Assembly (NCBI GenBank): GCA_013388445.1
Contig: JACADW010000136.1
Location: forward strand, 1 to 47,288
From: Acidobacteriota bacterium
GTDB taxonomy: Bacteria > Acidobacteriota > UBA6911
Length of the DNA: 47,288 bases
Direction: 5' to 3'
The notes beneath the pieces are model-generated. The model was not told where the DNA came from and made no database searches. It saw only the letters and a list, made by a program, of their open reading frames with translations. A program made the position numbers and the translations under genes. Shown here piece after piece: positions 1 through 9,731 of this stretch (within the stretch, counting starts at the first letter, position 1; every line of letters begins with the position of its first letter).

Positions 1-1313
1 GCATAAAGGATCAGGATGCTGTCCACAGGCAGCCGGTAGCGGATCAGCGTCCAGGTCAGCAGATGGATCAGCGTGTATGTAGAAATGAAGAGAAAAAGGA
101 GCAGGTGGCCTTCACCGGGAGATCCGCGCAGATCAGGAATTGAGTTCGCCCGCCTCAAAAGCAGTGAAAGCGACACAAGTGCGAGACCCAGGATCATGAA
201 GGGGAAGAAAAGTCCGAACGACAGGGTCCGCACCACGTTACTCGCAAGGCTCGACTCGGGGGAGGGCCAGAACTTGAAATATTCCTTCATGCGGCTCAGC
301 GAGAGCAGCAGGTAACGCCAGGGGTCGTCGCGGACGAATGCGATCCCCTGACGAAGCAACTCGCGGTCCATGGAAGCCTCGTCCAGGGCCTTAAGCCCTG
401 GGGGGATGAGGCTTCCGTATGAAGGTGCCTGATCGGGCAGTATCGGGATGAAGGTCGTCCCGTGCACCGGGTGATTTCCCCAGAAAAAGGCAAATCCCGC
501 GTTCGTATTCAACAGCACAAATCGTCCGAAGGCGAGATAGTTCCGGATGGTCCAGGGCAGGATCGTCAGCATGATGACGAGGCACGCAGTCAGGAGGCCG
601 GAAACCATGATGCGACGGTCGTGCCGCCGGGGATCGCCACGGAGCACACAGACCAGCCAGCCAAGGAGAAAGGGCGCGAATAACAGGAAGACTTGCCGCA
701 GCAGGATGGCCGCTCCGACCGCGAGGCCCAGCAGAATCCAGGCAGCACGCTGCCTGCGGTCCACTCCGAGGTCCGGAGAGGCCAGGCGCGTAGCGATGTC
801 CACGCTCCAGAGTATCGCGAGGACGTAGAACGATTCTGTCATCAGGGCCCCGGCGTAGTAGACAAAGTAGCCATAGACGGCGGTGATCAGAGCGGCAATC
901 AAGCCCGCCCTCCCCCCCATGAGGCGCTTTCCGATGCGCCATGAGAGCCAGGGGTGCAGCAGCCCCACGGCAATCGCCTGTACCAGCCGGGCAGCCAGCG
1001 GACTACTGCCGAAAAGCCAATAAACCTGTGCAAGGTAGAGAGTGTACAGATAGCTCCAGTGTGCGGTAGGTTTGCCCTCTTTTGTGGCGGGCCACCAGTC
1101 CCTCTCGAACGAAAAACCATGGCCATCCACAACCCGGCATGCCAGCGTGTGATAGGAGATCTGGTCATGAGTTCCAGGCAGTGCCTCGACCACATTACCC
1201 TGATAGAAGGCGGAAAACAGGCGCAGGACCGCGCTAAGGAGCAGAATGCCGACGAGTGACTTTTCCGCTTTGGTCCACAAAAACGGCAGCAGCTTGATCG
1301 ATCCCTGGCTCAC
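1..1313 (-). CDS. GT-C fold membrane glycosyltransferase (ArnT/PMT-like, GT39/GT83 style). The C-terminus is cut by the left window edge.
   Basis: Absent from the ORF track because there is no in-window stop. My own minus-strand translation from GTG at 1313-1311 stays open to base 1. It reads VSQGSIKLLPFLWTKAEKSLVGILLLSAVLRLFSAFYQGNVVEALPGTHDQISYHTLACRVVDGHGFSF...AIAVGLLHPWLSWRIGKRL...LPWTIRNYLAFGRFVLLNTNAGFAFFWGNH... It has many hydrophobic helices and an early D-x-x-S-Y periplasmic loop. An in-frame TAA lies upstream at 1346-1344. Confidence 0.7.
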   Translation of the reverse strand, partial: MSQGSIKLLPFLWTKAEKSLVGILLLSAVLRLFSAFYQGNVVEALPGTHDQISYHTLACRVVDGHGFSFERDWWPATKEGKPTAHWSYLYTLYLAQVYWLFGSSPLAARLVQAIAVGLLHPWLSWRIGKRLMGGRAGLIAALITAVYGYFVYYAGALMTESFYVLAILWSVDIATRLASPDLGVDRRQRAAWILLGLAVGAAILLRQVFLLFAPFLLGWLVCVLRGDPRRHDRRIMVSGLLTACLVIMLTILPWTIRNYLAFGRFVLLNTNAGFAFFWGNHPVHGTTFIPILPDQAPSYGSLIPPGLKALDEASMDRELLRQGIAFVRDDPWRYLLLSLSRMKEYFKFWPSPESSLASNVVRTLSFGLFFPFMILGLALVSLSLLLRRANSIPDLRGSPGEGHLLLFLFISTYTLIHLLTWTLIRYRLPVDSILILY

Positions 1314-1520
1314 TCGGCCCCGCGCGTCATCCGTAGGGGGTGATTACCTGCGGCTTGCACTCCTTCCCGCCCGCGTCAAAGTCTAATTGTCGATCGCCTG
1401 CATCGACAAAACCACGGCAGGGATCAGCCGCACCCGAAGCCGACGATTGGGCCTCGAGCCATGAACCGCATTGCTTCACGCGCGCAGGCCGGTTCATCGA
1501 ACGCTGATTGACTTGCGATC

Positions 1521-1539
1521 GCCGGACTGGCGGTCCGGC
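1521..1539. repeat. REP-like palindromic unit GCCGGAC-N5-GTCCGGC
   Basis: gccggac tggcg gtccggc. It is followed by cgcacgaacc, a string also found at 17277-17286. Confidence 0.8.
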
Positions 1540-1603
1540 GCACGAACCAGACGGGGAGAATCTCATGTGACCACCGGCCCATTCGTCAGTCGGGGCCGAT
1601 TCC

Positions 1604-1622
1604 GCCGGACCGCCGGTCCGGC
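1604..1622. repeat. REP-like palindromic unit GCCGGACC-GCC-GGTCCGGC. It lies just downstream of the GT4 stop on the minus strand and may be a terminator hairpin.
   Basis: Perfect 8-bp stem with a 3-nt loop, 5 nt from the GT4 stop codon (1628-1630). Confidence 0.8.
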
Positions 1623-1627
1623 CTTGA

Positions 1628-2857
1628 TCAGGCCGAGGGAGTCTGATAAATCCGATCCCAGGCCTGATAGAGCTTGCGCCAATCGTAATGCGACTGCAGG
1701 GTCCGACGACCCTCGAGTGTGAGGCGAGACGCAAGCAGCGGGTCCCGGGCCACCTCAAGGACCGCCGCGGCGAAATCGGCAGGCCGGTCGGCCAGGCGGA
1801 TGTTCTCTCGGTCTATGGCCTGTATGCCCTCTGCACCGATCGTTGTGCTGACCACCGGCAGGCCCCAGGACCACGCGTCGAGGATCTTGACCCGCATTCC
1901 ACCAGCCGCGAGCAGAGGGACAATGATGACGGCCGTCTCCGAAAGGAAAGGCGCCGGGTCATCGACGTAGCCGGTGGCCTCGATTGAGGAATCGGAAACA
2001 GAGGCAAGCTCCCGAGATGAATCCCTTCCGATGACAGTCAAGATCAGGTTCGGAGCCAGTATCTTGACCTGCGGCCAGACCTCCCTTATGAACCACCGAA
2101 TGCCTTGCGAGTTTGGGGGCCAATGAAGTCCGCCCAGGAAGGTGATCCGGTTCTTTGCCGCTCGATGATCCAGCTGCAGGCATACAGCGGGATCGACCGC
2201 TATCGGGATTACCGTTTCGGCTGCAATCCCGGCCGGCGCCTGCGATTGCCGGGCAAGAAATGCCTGCCGATCCTGTTCGGTGACCCAGACAATCCGGTCG
2301 AACCGCCGGCATGTTTCTTCCTCGTGCCGGGCCATGATGCGGGCTTCCCGACGGAGTATGGCGCGTTTCAACGGATTGCTTTCCTGACCGGCGAGCCTCT
2401 TGACCACATTAAAGACAGCGTTATGTTGGTCGAGAACGACAAGAGGCCCGTTTCCCGCCGGAGCGCAATTGCGCGCAAGCAACGCGTACGGTGCCATCCA
2501 GAGCTGGTCGGAATGCACTGCATCGAAGGAAGGCTCCCTGCGCAACACGTCTTTGATGAGACGCGCCATGGACGGGATCCAATCCCTGGTCACGAGGAAT
2601 GGCTTTCCCGTGATGAACGATCTCATGAGGGCTACACCATCCAGGAACCGGGAGCGGGGCATGGGCAGGGTGTGAATGCGCCGACAGTAACGACTCAGAT
2701 GATGCACGTCTTCCAGGCGATCTGCGGCACGAGTGAAGGATATCAGCGTCACCTCGTGATTGGACTCGGCCAGATGGCGAAGAACCAGATAAGCCCGGGT
2801 CTTGGGTCCGGCATCCATTGGATACGGCAGGACCTGCGTCAGGAACAGGATATTCAT
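1628..2857 (-). CDS. Glycosyltransferase family 4 (GT-B, glycosyl transferases group 1)
   Basis: 409-aa ORF. The N-terminus MNILFLTQVLPYPMDAGPKTRAYLVLRHLAESNHEVTLISF and the C-terminal part GYVDDPAPFLSETAVIIVPLLAGGGMRVKILDAWSWGLPVVSTTIGAEG are typical GT4 donor-binding motifs. The N-terminus resembles EPS-locus stp1-like sugar transferases, recalled from memory only. Confidence 0.85.
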   Translation of the reverse strand: MNILFLTQVLPYPMDAGPKTRAYLVLRHLAESNHEVTLISFTRAADRLEDVHHLSRYCRRIHTLPMPRSRFLDGVALMRSFITGKPFLVTRDWIPSMARLIKDVLRREPSFDAVHSDQLWMAPYALLARNCAPAGNGPLVVLDQHNAVFNVVKRLAGQESNPLKRAILRREARIMARHEEETCRRFDRIVWVTEQDRQAFLARQSQAPAGIAAETVIPIAVDPAVCLQLDHRAAKNRITFLGGLHWPPNSQGIRWFIREVWPQVKILAPNLILTVIGRDSSRELASVSDSSIEATGYVDDPAPFLSETAVIIVPLLAAGGMRVKILDAWSWGLPVVSTTIGAEGIQAIDRENIRLADRPADFAAAVLEVARDPLLASRLTLEGRRTLQSHYDWRKLYQAWDRIYQTPSA

Positions 2858-3015
2858 TGCCTAGCCCATCGAAGTGAACTCTATCAGATAATCCGCTAAG
2901 GGGGTAGCCTTTCGCTTCGCCGGCGGCTGTCGGGCCCTGCGTTTTGCACTGATTCATATGCAGGCCGAGTGCAGGCAGGGAATCTCTCCGCGCCCGACTT
3001 CCACCTGATCCACCG

Positions 3016-3939
3016 CTAGAGGCCACGCAACTCCCTTACCAGCCGCCGGTAGAGCCGGGCCAGTTCAAGAGCCCGGTCGCGCCGATTTCCCCTAAACAGG
3101 AGCGCCAGCGGACTCATGATCTGCCTTGCCATCGAAGCGGCGAAGAGCACGAGCTTGTAGGTTCTGGCTGCTCCTCTTCCATGGTGTGTCCGGAAGTAGG
3201 CGATCTTCTCCCGGTACAACCGCAAAAACATTTCCGCCTTGACCTGCTTTGTGCTTTGCCCACCGTAGTGCCTCACTCTGGCCAGCGGAACCCAAAAGAT
3301 ACGCCAGCCCTTGGATCTCAGCTTTCGGCACAGGTCCTGATCTTCCGAATAAATGAAATGGCTCTCGTCGAGGAGGCCGCACTGGTCCAAGACTTCGCGG
3401 CGCACCATAATGCAGGCTCCCATGAGGACTTCGACCTCACGGGGGGTATCGGTCCGCCAAGCCGTCATGTGGTAAGAACCGACCGGCCACAGGCCGTCCA
3501 GATGAAAGAGCCGCCATGCCTCTCGGAACAGCGTAGGTTCGGGATAGGCGGAGACCTGCAAAGAGCCGTCACCATTCAGCAGCATCGCCCCAGCCGCACC
3601 GGCCCCGGGATGCGTGTCCATGAACCGCATCATCTCGCTCAGAGCTCCGGGCAATAACTCCGTATCCGGATTCAGAAGTAATACATACAGCCCACTGCTG
3701 TGGCGGATCGCTTGATTTGTTCCCCGCGCAAATCCCAGGTTTTCGGGATTCTGAATGGCGCGCACCGAAGGAAACGCAGCTGCTACCGGCGCCAAGCTTC
3801 CGTCGGACGACGCATTATCGACCACAATTATCTCGATGTCCGTCATACCGGACCTGACCTGATCCGCGACCACCGAATGAACGCACCTATGCAGCAGCTC
3901 TCCGACGTTCCAATTTACTATGACAACTGAGAGTTTCAC
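3016..3939 (-). CDS. Glycosyltransferase family 2 (GT-A)
   Basis: Core KLSVVIVNWNVGELLHRCVHSV...IIVVDNASSDGS...LGFARGTNQA...LLLNPDTEL. I trimmed the 389-aa track ORF to the GTG at 3939-3937. That start overlaps the upstream gene's stop as GTGA, and the extra N-terminal 81 aa are unlike a GT2. Confidence 0.85.
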   Translation of the reverse strand: MKLSVVIVNWNVGELLHRCVHSVVADQVRSGMTDIEIIVVDNASSDGSLAPVAAAFPSVRAIQNPENLGFARGTNQAIRHSSGLYVLLLNPDTELLPGALSEMMRFMDTHPGAGAAGAMLLNGDGSLQVSAYPEPTLFREAWRLFHLDGLWPVGSYHMTAWRTDTPREVEVLMGACIMVRREVLDQCGLLDESHFIYSEDQDLCRKLRSKGWRIFWVPLARVRHYGGQSTKQVKAEMFLRLYREKIAYFRTHHGRGAARTYKLVLFAASMARQIMSPLALLFRGNRRDRALELARLYRRLVRELRGL

Positions 3940-5360
3940 GCCCGCCGCCTGAGCCGCTGTTCCAGCGCGATCAGTCCGCCCATAAAAACCCAGGGCAGGA
4001 TACTGGTCCGAAATCCCGGAAATCCTGTGTTGTAGATAAACGGAATGACCCAATCCCCCAAAGCAGCTGCTACCAGCGTGGCAAACAACCCCGCAAGCAC
4101 TGAATAGACATATGCCCTTTCGAATCCTTCCTTGGCCTGTGATCGATGCTTCCAGGCCGTCCGGAGGACCGCGCACGCAAACCACAGGAAGAGGGCAAGC
4201 CCTACGAGACCCGTCTGACCGATGAGATCAAGGTAATTGTTATGAGAGTTGAACTTGATGTACCACCCGAGAATCGGGTAAAGCAGAGTGTAGTGGTAGT
4301 AGTTCGCCGGTCCCAATCCCAGCACGGGATTTGCCGCCAGCAGTGGAAACAGGCTTTTCATGGCTGCGACACGCGTCTCATAGCTATAGAGGTTATCACC
4401 TGCAGTAGCCAAGTCCGTGAAGTAGCCGGCACTAAGCAGGGAAAGAAATACGATGGCCGGCGCCGCAGCCAGGATCGGGATCGGGAACCGCAGCAGGAGT
4501 ATCACCAAGACCGAGAGTACGGGGGGGAACCACCCCGAGACCCAGGTTCTTAGCTGCGTGAGCCCTATGAAGATCGCAGTCAGCGCTACAGCGGCCATTG
4601 TGAGCCTGGGTATAAGCCTGAGTTCCCGATTCATTATCGCCTGGCCGGCGCTGAGGGCGACCAGCCAGGTCCAGAACATGCTACCCCGGGTTACGGCGTC
4701 GGGCAGAAAGGCGCCCAGACTGGACAGCAAGCCCGGCAAGAGGCGAAAAGCCAGGTGGATCGATCCGGCCCCGATGAAGAAGTACGCGATCCCCTTCAAC
4801 CACCGTGTATCCTGCAGGTAATGGGCGGCTACCAGGAAGAGACCGCCTGAAAAAAGAAAGATGGCAAGCTGGCCGAGCTGCGCGGAAAGGGATGCCGGCG
4901 GCACGGGGAACCACGGGTATTGTCCCACGAGAAACGCCAGCAACGCGGTAACCATAAAAAGGTTGAGCGGGACGATCGTGCGGGAAAAAACCTGACCGTG
5001 CCGCTCACGCTCGAACACATGATGAACAAGCCAGACTGCGATGAGAACCGCCGACATGAGAACTGCCCCGTGCAAACCCGTATGCGTCCCGGTCGCAATC
5101 TCTTGTCTTACGAGGATTCCGCCGACAAGCAGCAGCGCGAGACCCGCTTGGGGACATTGAAACAGGAAAGTCAGCGAAGCAGACCCGAAGACCATTGCCA
5201 GCTGCAGAATGACGATCCGGTCAAGCGTATACGATCCCATGGCCAGGACCGAACCCACCGCAAGAACAGCCAATCCCAAGCCCAGAAGAAGCCCCCCTCG
5301 GACAGACCACCGAACGGAGACCAGGACGGACGAACCAGGAAGCGAAAGCCTCAAACTCAT
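3936..5360 (-). CDS. O-antigen ligase / Wzy-like polysaccharide polymerase family integral membrane protein
   Basis: 474 aa, with roughly 10-12 hydrophobic helices. It has a periplasmic-loop motif FNSHNNYLDLIGQTGLVGLALFLWF, as in the Wzy_C/O-antigen ligase domain. It sits between GT genes. Confidence 0.75.
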   Translation of the reverse strand: MSLRLSLPGSSVLVSVRWSVRGGLLLGLGLAVLAVGSVLAMGSYTLDRIVILQLAMVFGSASLTFLFQCPQAGLALLLVGGILVRQEIATGTHTGLHGAVLMSAVLIAVWLVHHVFERERHGQVFSRTIVPLNLFMVTALLAFLVGQYPWFPVPPASLSAQLGQLAIFLFSGGLFLVAAHYLQDTRWLKGIAYFFIGAGSIHLAFRLLPGLLSSLGAFLPDAVTRGSMFWTWLVALSAGQAIMNRELRLIPRLTMAAVALTAIFIGLTQLRTWVSGWFPPVLSVLVILLLRFPIPILAAAPAIVFLSLLSAGYFTDLATAGDNLYSYETRVAAMKSLFPLLAANPVLGLGPANYYHYTLLYPILGWYIKFNSHNNYLDLIGQTGLVGLALFLWFACAVLRTAWKHRSQAKEGFERAYVYSVLAGLFATLVAAALGDWVIPFIYNTGFPGFRTSILPWVFMGGLIALEQRLRRRA

Positions 5361-5485
5361 AGGTTTGTCATTTTACGAGTGCATAAGCAGGCCATCGACC
5401 GACAACTGGCTGCAATTCCAGCGCCCCACGAACACCGAAACTGCGGATCGGCGATGGAGCACACTGCCTGCCATCGGAACGAGCT

Positions 5486-7156
5486 TTATCGGCCGAAGGC
5501 CCAGCCGAGATGCTCCATCCCCACGCGGACGGCACGCTGGAAAGTTCGTGTGTCACCGAAGAGCATCTTGATGTAAGTGAAGACAGGTCCGGGACGGAAG
5601 GCCCACTCGCGGAACGCCCGCCGCTGCCAATAGAGCAGATCCTCGGCCGAGAGGTTGCCGTATTCGAGGACGGTGTCCTTATCCATGTCGACCTGTTCCC
5701 ACCGCGTTCCCTTGCGGAACCATCCGTTTTCCACGACCTGGAAAAAGAATGGCGTCCCGGGATATGGAGCAGCCACATGGAAAAGAGCGATGTCCAAGGG
5801 CAGAGACTTCGACAAGTCGATCGTCTCCCGGATTGTCTCCACCGTCTCTCCCGGCAACCCGATGATGAAATACCCCCAGTTCCGGATGCCTGCCTCCTTC
5901 GCCCATAGAAGCGCCTGCCGCGCCTTTCCGGGCGATGCGCCTTTGCGCGCCCGCTTGAGGATCATCTCGTTGCCGCTTTCGATCCCCCATGATATCATCC
6001 AGCACCCCGCACGCCCCATCATCCTCAGCATCTCCTCGTCGACATAGTCGACCCGGCTGTTGCAGGTCCACTTGATGCGCAGTCCTTCTTTGATGATGAG
6101 CTCGCACAGTTCCATGACCTGCGCACGGTTGACGGTGAAGAGGTCGGCGTACATATGGATGTTGTGGATGCCAAGACCGTACAGGAGCTTCAGCTCCTCC
6201 ATGATCTTCCGCGGAGAGAGCAGGCGGACTGAATTCTGATACGAGACGTGCTTGATGCAGTAAGAGCATCCGGCCGGGCAGCCTCTGCTTGTGACTATGA
6301 AAGTGAAGGGGCCTTTCATCAGGGGCATCCTATAGCGTTTCAAGGGCAGGAGATGATGCAGGGGCATCGGCAAATCGTCGAGGCTGGGGATGAAGGGCCG
6401 GCTCGCATTGATCCGGATTTCACCAGCCTTGCGCCAGACCAGCCCCTTGATCTGTGACAAGTCAGGCGGCGCGTCTCCCCCATCGACCATGCGTCGAGGC
6501 TCCCATGAGGGATCTGTCTTATGCAGCAGGGCCCGGATCCACTCGGGCTGTGTGACTTCACGATCCTCGAGATAGTCCACCAGTTCCCTGATGGTGAGCT
6601 CGGGCTCGCCCCGGAGCACATAATCGAGTGCCGGGTAGTCGCGCATCGTCTCAAGGGGCATGGGTGTCACGTGAGTGCCGAAGGCCATGGTCCGTGCGCC
6701 GATGCTCCTGGCCAGCATGACACCATACATGTCATTTGTGAGCGTCGGCGCGGTAACCTGCGTCAGGTAGTACTTCGGCGACCTCGCGCGCAGCACGTTT
6801 TCAAACTCGTTCCAGCTCATTCGCTCGGCGATGGCATCCACGATGGCTACCGAATAGTCGGGGTGGAGCATTGCCGCGATCTGTGCAAGCGAGCACTGCG
6901 GCCAGATCATTTCCTCGCGGCTTCGCCGGCCGACGCGGTGCTGAGTTCTGATCCATATGCCCCCGTCAGGCGACGGGGGATTGACCAGCAGAACATCCAC
7001 GGCCGTTTCAGGCCGCAGCCTCGCCAGGCCGCGCACGGCCACCCCTGCGTCCGGGAAATCCACTGTCCGAACCGGCCGGATGGTTCGCGTGCCCAGATTG
7101 TGCCGGATCTCCGGCGGTATCTCCTGAACCTTCTGATCGCGCACCTGGTCGTTCAC
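5486..7156 (-). CDS. Cobalamin-binding-domain (class B) radical SAM enzyme
   Basis: 556 aa. The N-terminal stretch is Rossmann-like and B12-domain-like (VDVLLVNPPSP...IVDAIAERMSWNEFENVLRARSPKYYLTQVTAP...AFGTHVT). It is followed by the radical SAM cluster motif SRGCPAGCSYC (CxxxCxxC, about nt 6257-6280). Confidence 0.9.
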   Translation of the reverse strand: MNDQVRDQKVQEIPPEIRHNLGTRTIRPVRTVDFPDAGVAVRGLARLRPETAVDVLLVNPPSPDGGIWIRTQHRVGRRSREEMIWPQCSLAQIAAMLHPDYSVAIVDAIAERMSWNEFENVLRARSPKYYLTQVTAPTLTNDMYGVMLARSIGARTMAFGTHVTPMPLETMRDYPALDYVLRGEPELTIRELVDYLEDREVTQPEWIRALLHKTDPSWEPRRMVDGGDAPPDLSQIKGLVWRKAGEIRINASRPFIPSLDDLPMPLHHLLPLKRYRMPLMKGPFTFIVTSRGCPAGCSYCIKHVSYQNSVRLLSPRKIMEELKLLYGLGIHNIHMYADLFTVNRAQVMELCELIIKEGLRIKWTCNSRVDYVDEEMLRMMGRAGCWMISWGIESGNEMILKRARKGASPGKARQALLWAKEAGIRNWGYFIIGLPGETVETIRETIDLSKSLPLDIALFHVAAPYPGTPFFFQVVENGWFRKGTRWEQVDMDKDTVLEYGNLSAEDLLYWQRRAFREWAFRPGPVFTYIKMLFGDTRTFQRAVRVGMEHLGWAFGR

Positions 7157-7203
7157 AGAAACTCCTCTCCCGTGGCTAGGCTCTTACGACTTATCGCCGG
7201 AGC

Positions 7204-8529
7204 CTACTGCTCTACCGTCTTAACAGAACTGCTCGTCGGCTCACCCTCTCGCCGATTGGTGTCGTCCCGCATTTCCCGCTGGATCAGTGTGTCGCGCTCG
7301 GCGAGCGCCTCCAACACCCTTGCTAGTATCCATGATATCAGGAATTGAAGCCCTACCAAGAGGAAAAGCGCGCTCCCCAGCAGCCATAGCCAGAGGCGGG
7401 ACATCTCCCAGCCGGCCGAGCCGAGCACCATGGCCGTTGCGGTCAATGCCGCCCCCATGGCGATTGCCAGGAGTCCGGCCCAGCCAAAATAAGATTCCAG
7501 GGATCGCTCGAAAAGGCGTCCCCCGAGCAGTCCCTGTCGCACCGGCCGGTGATGGAATAAAGCCACCAGGAAGTTGAAGGTCACTCCCAGAGAATAAATA
7601 CTCACGCCGGCCACGCCCAAGACCAGGGCCAGAAATACGGCCAGGACTCCCCAATATCCGAGGGTCGTGATTCCCCGCATCCGGGCCAGAACGAGCCACA
7701 TGCCGGCTGCCAGGGACATTGCAAACAGTAAGAGGCCCACCAGACCCAGGACCTTCACCGGGTTGTATTCGAGAGAAGTCCAGAGAATTGTCTTCAGGAA
7801 GCGGGTTCCATCCCGGACCACGCTCAGCTTCGAGCGGCCCCGCCGTTCGCTGTAGGGGATCGGCAATTCAACGACCGCCAGCCCCTCGTGCATGCTGCGC
7901 GTGCTCATGACCGGTGTGAAATTGAGTCCGTCGGGGAGTGGGTACAGCCTGGACAGCGCCGACCTCCGGAGCACTCTCATACCGCTTGCGGGATCGGCAC
8001 AACGCCGGTGGCCGATCACCGTCACGAGGCTGGACCAGATCAGATTGCCGAGACGGCGGACCGGAGGCATTCTGCTGTCGGCGCCCGAACGCCTGGAGCC
8101 GACTGCCACATCAGCCCCGTGCCGCAGGATAGCCACGCAGAGATCGGACAGCCGTTCCGGAGGATACGTGCCGTCGGCATCGAGGAAGGCCAACAACTCC
8201 CCTCGGGCTTGACGCAAACCCGTCTTTATGGCCGCGCCATAGCCTCGGTTTCCATCATGGCGAATGAGTCGTACTCCCGGCATCCGGCTCACGATGTCGG
8301 CCGTTCTGTCGCGTGACCCGTCATCCACGACAATCACCTCGACGCCGCGGAGTCCGACCTCCTTCAAGGGATCTTCCGTCGCTTTCACGCGCCTCACGAT
8401 TTCGGCGATGCCGGCCTCTTCGTTCAACGCAGGGATGACCACGGAGAGCAATGGCGGCGCAGGTTGGGAACCGCCGGATTGAGAGTTCTCGACCCCGTCA
8501 TGAACCTGTTTGCCGGTGCTGGGCTGCAT
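7204..8529 (-). CDS. GT2 polyprenyl-phosphate sugar synthase-like glycosyltransferase (DPM1/ArnC/GtrB style) with a C-terminal multi-helix membrane domain
   Basis: 441 aa. Motifs: LLSVVIPALNEEAGIAEIVRRV, VIVVDDGSRDRT, FLDADGTYPPE. The C-terminal ~190 aa are strongly hydrophobic (LGLVGLLLFAMSLAAGMWLVLA..., WLWLLGSALFLLVGLQFLISWILA). Confidence 0.85.
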   Translation of the reverse strand: MQPSTGKQVHDGVENSQSGGSQPAPPLLSVVIPALNEEAGIAEIVRRVKATEDPLKEVGLRGVEVIVVDDGSRDRTADIVSRMPGVRLIRHDGNRGYGAAIKTGLRQARGELLAFLDADGTYPPERLSDLCVAILRHGADVAVGSRRSGADSRMPPVRRLGNLIWSSLVTVIGHRRCADPASGMRVLRRSALSRLYPLPDGLNFTPVMSTRSMHEGLAVVELPIPYSERRGRSKLSVVRDGTRFLKTILWTSLEYNPVKVLGLVGLLLFAMSLAAGMWLVLARMRGITTLGYWGVLAVFLALVLGVAGVSIYSLGVTFNFLVALFHHRPVRQGLLGGRLFERSLESYFGWAGLLAIAMGAALTATAMVLGSAGWEMSRLWLWLLGSALFLLVGLQFLISWILARVLEALAERDTLIQREMRDDTNRREGEPTSSSVKTVEQ

Positions 8530-8546
8530 GGTGGTGTTCCCTTTCC

Positions 8547-9338
8547 TCAGAAATAGACCTGCGCGTCCCTCGAAGGCCTTGGATCCTTGCCGATCTCACG
8601 CACCACCCTGGCGGGTATGCCGGCCACGACCGTGTGGGGCGGAATGTCTCTAGACACAACAGCACCGGCCGCCACGACGGCGCCTTTGCCTATCCGGACG
8701 CCGTCGGTCACGATCGCTCCGGCACCGATCCAGACGTCATCCTCGATGCAGATGCCTCTGGCCGTGATCCCCTGGTCCACGAAAGGGCGATCCGCGTCAT
8801 CGAACAGGTGATTCACCGCCAGGAGCTGCACCATGGGCGAGGTGTAGACCCGATTGCCGATGGTTATCCCACCTTGCCCGCGCAGCACGTTATACTCGCC
8901 GATGAGGCTGTCCTGGCCTATCCATATGCCGGAGTGAGGGATGTTCCGGAAATTGTAGACGTGAAGCACCGATCCGTACATGACGAGGGTTCTCGGGCCG
9001 ATCACGATACCCTTTGGGCACGCATGGAGATAGACCCGCTCATCCAGGTAAGAGCCTTTACCCAGCCTTATGTTTCGGGTGTGGCGGAGGCGAACGCCTT
9101 TTTCGACTGCTGCGAGCCCATCCATCTTCAGGATCAGCCGGTACAACAGCGCACGCAACGCGATACCCGCGATTGTCGGCACCCAGCCGGCCAGGCCCGT
9201 CACGGACTGTTCAAGAAGGTATCGTGCAGGTCCGCCGGATTGTCTGCTTATATAGAGCCTGAGGCCCGCCGACAGGGTGCCTCGGGCCTCAGAGTTTGGC
9301 ACTGCATTCATGGTTTCGGATGTGATTCTGCCCGGCAA
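8547..9338 (-). CDS. Left-handed beta-helix (hexapeptide repeat) acyl/acetyltransferase
   Basis: The C-terminal half has hexapeptide repeats: [51 protein letters not shown]. The N-terminal hydrophobic stretch resembles WcaF/sugar O-acetyltransferase-like proteins of EPS loci. The start codon is uncertain. Confidence 0.85.
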   Translation of the reverse strand: MPGRITSETMNAVPNSEARGTLSAGLRLYISRQSGGPARYLLEQSVTGLAGWVPTIAGIALRALLYRLILKMDGLAAVEKGVRLRHTRNIRLGKGSYLDERVYLHACPKGIVIGPRTLVMYGSVLHVYNFRNIPHSGIWIGQDSLIGEYNVLRGQGGITIGNRVYTSPMVQLLAVNHLFDDADRPFVDQGITARGICIEDDVWIGAGAIVTDGVRIGKGAVVAAGAVVSRDIPPHTVVAGIPARVVREIGKDPRPSRDAQVYF

Positions 9339-9731
9339 ATCGGAGTGGCCGCTATCGAAAGACGCTCCTGCACAAGCGCCGGGCCGGAGGCGCAGCTGAC
9401 TCGGCAGCGGGCCTCGGGAGTCGTGCGACAGACGGCTCGTCCGCCGAGAAGCGTTGCTGCCGGACCAGCGGCGCCCGCTCTGTGGGATGGCTTAAGGCAC
9501 CTGCGGCCTACGATTCATTATGATGGCCCCGGTCATCCGCCGGGCGGCCGCAGCTTGCTCTGCCCGGGCATACTGTCATGCGTCGGTGGTTGCGCGCCGC
9601 GCCCATGACGGACAGCTGCGGAAGGAGATCTCGGAGATGGTGCAACCCATTCTCGATACTATGGTCGCGCCTTGGACCCGTGACCTGCCACGACCGGGCT
9701 CAGCAACCCCTGGCACCTACAGACCCCTGTC

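Noticed and set aside
3940-4185. N-terminal extensions of track ORFs: GT2 to 4185, ABC-2 permease to 22180, nuoH to 30715, E1beta to 41685 and E1alpha to 43165.
   Set aside because: The extensions overlap the upstream gene, are compositionally non-protein-like, and precede internal starts. Those internal starts give canonical family N-termini and ATGA/GTGA coupling or sensible spacing.
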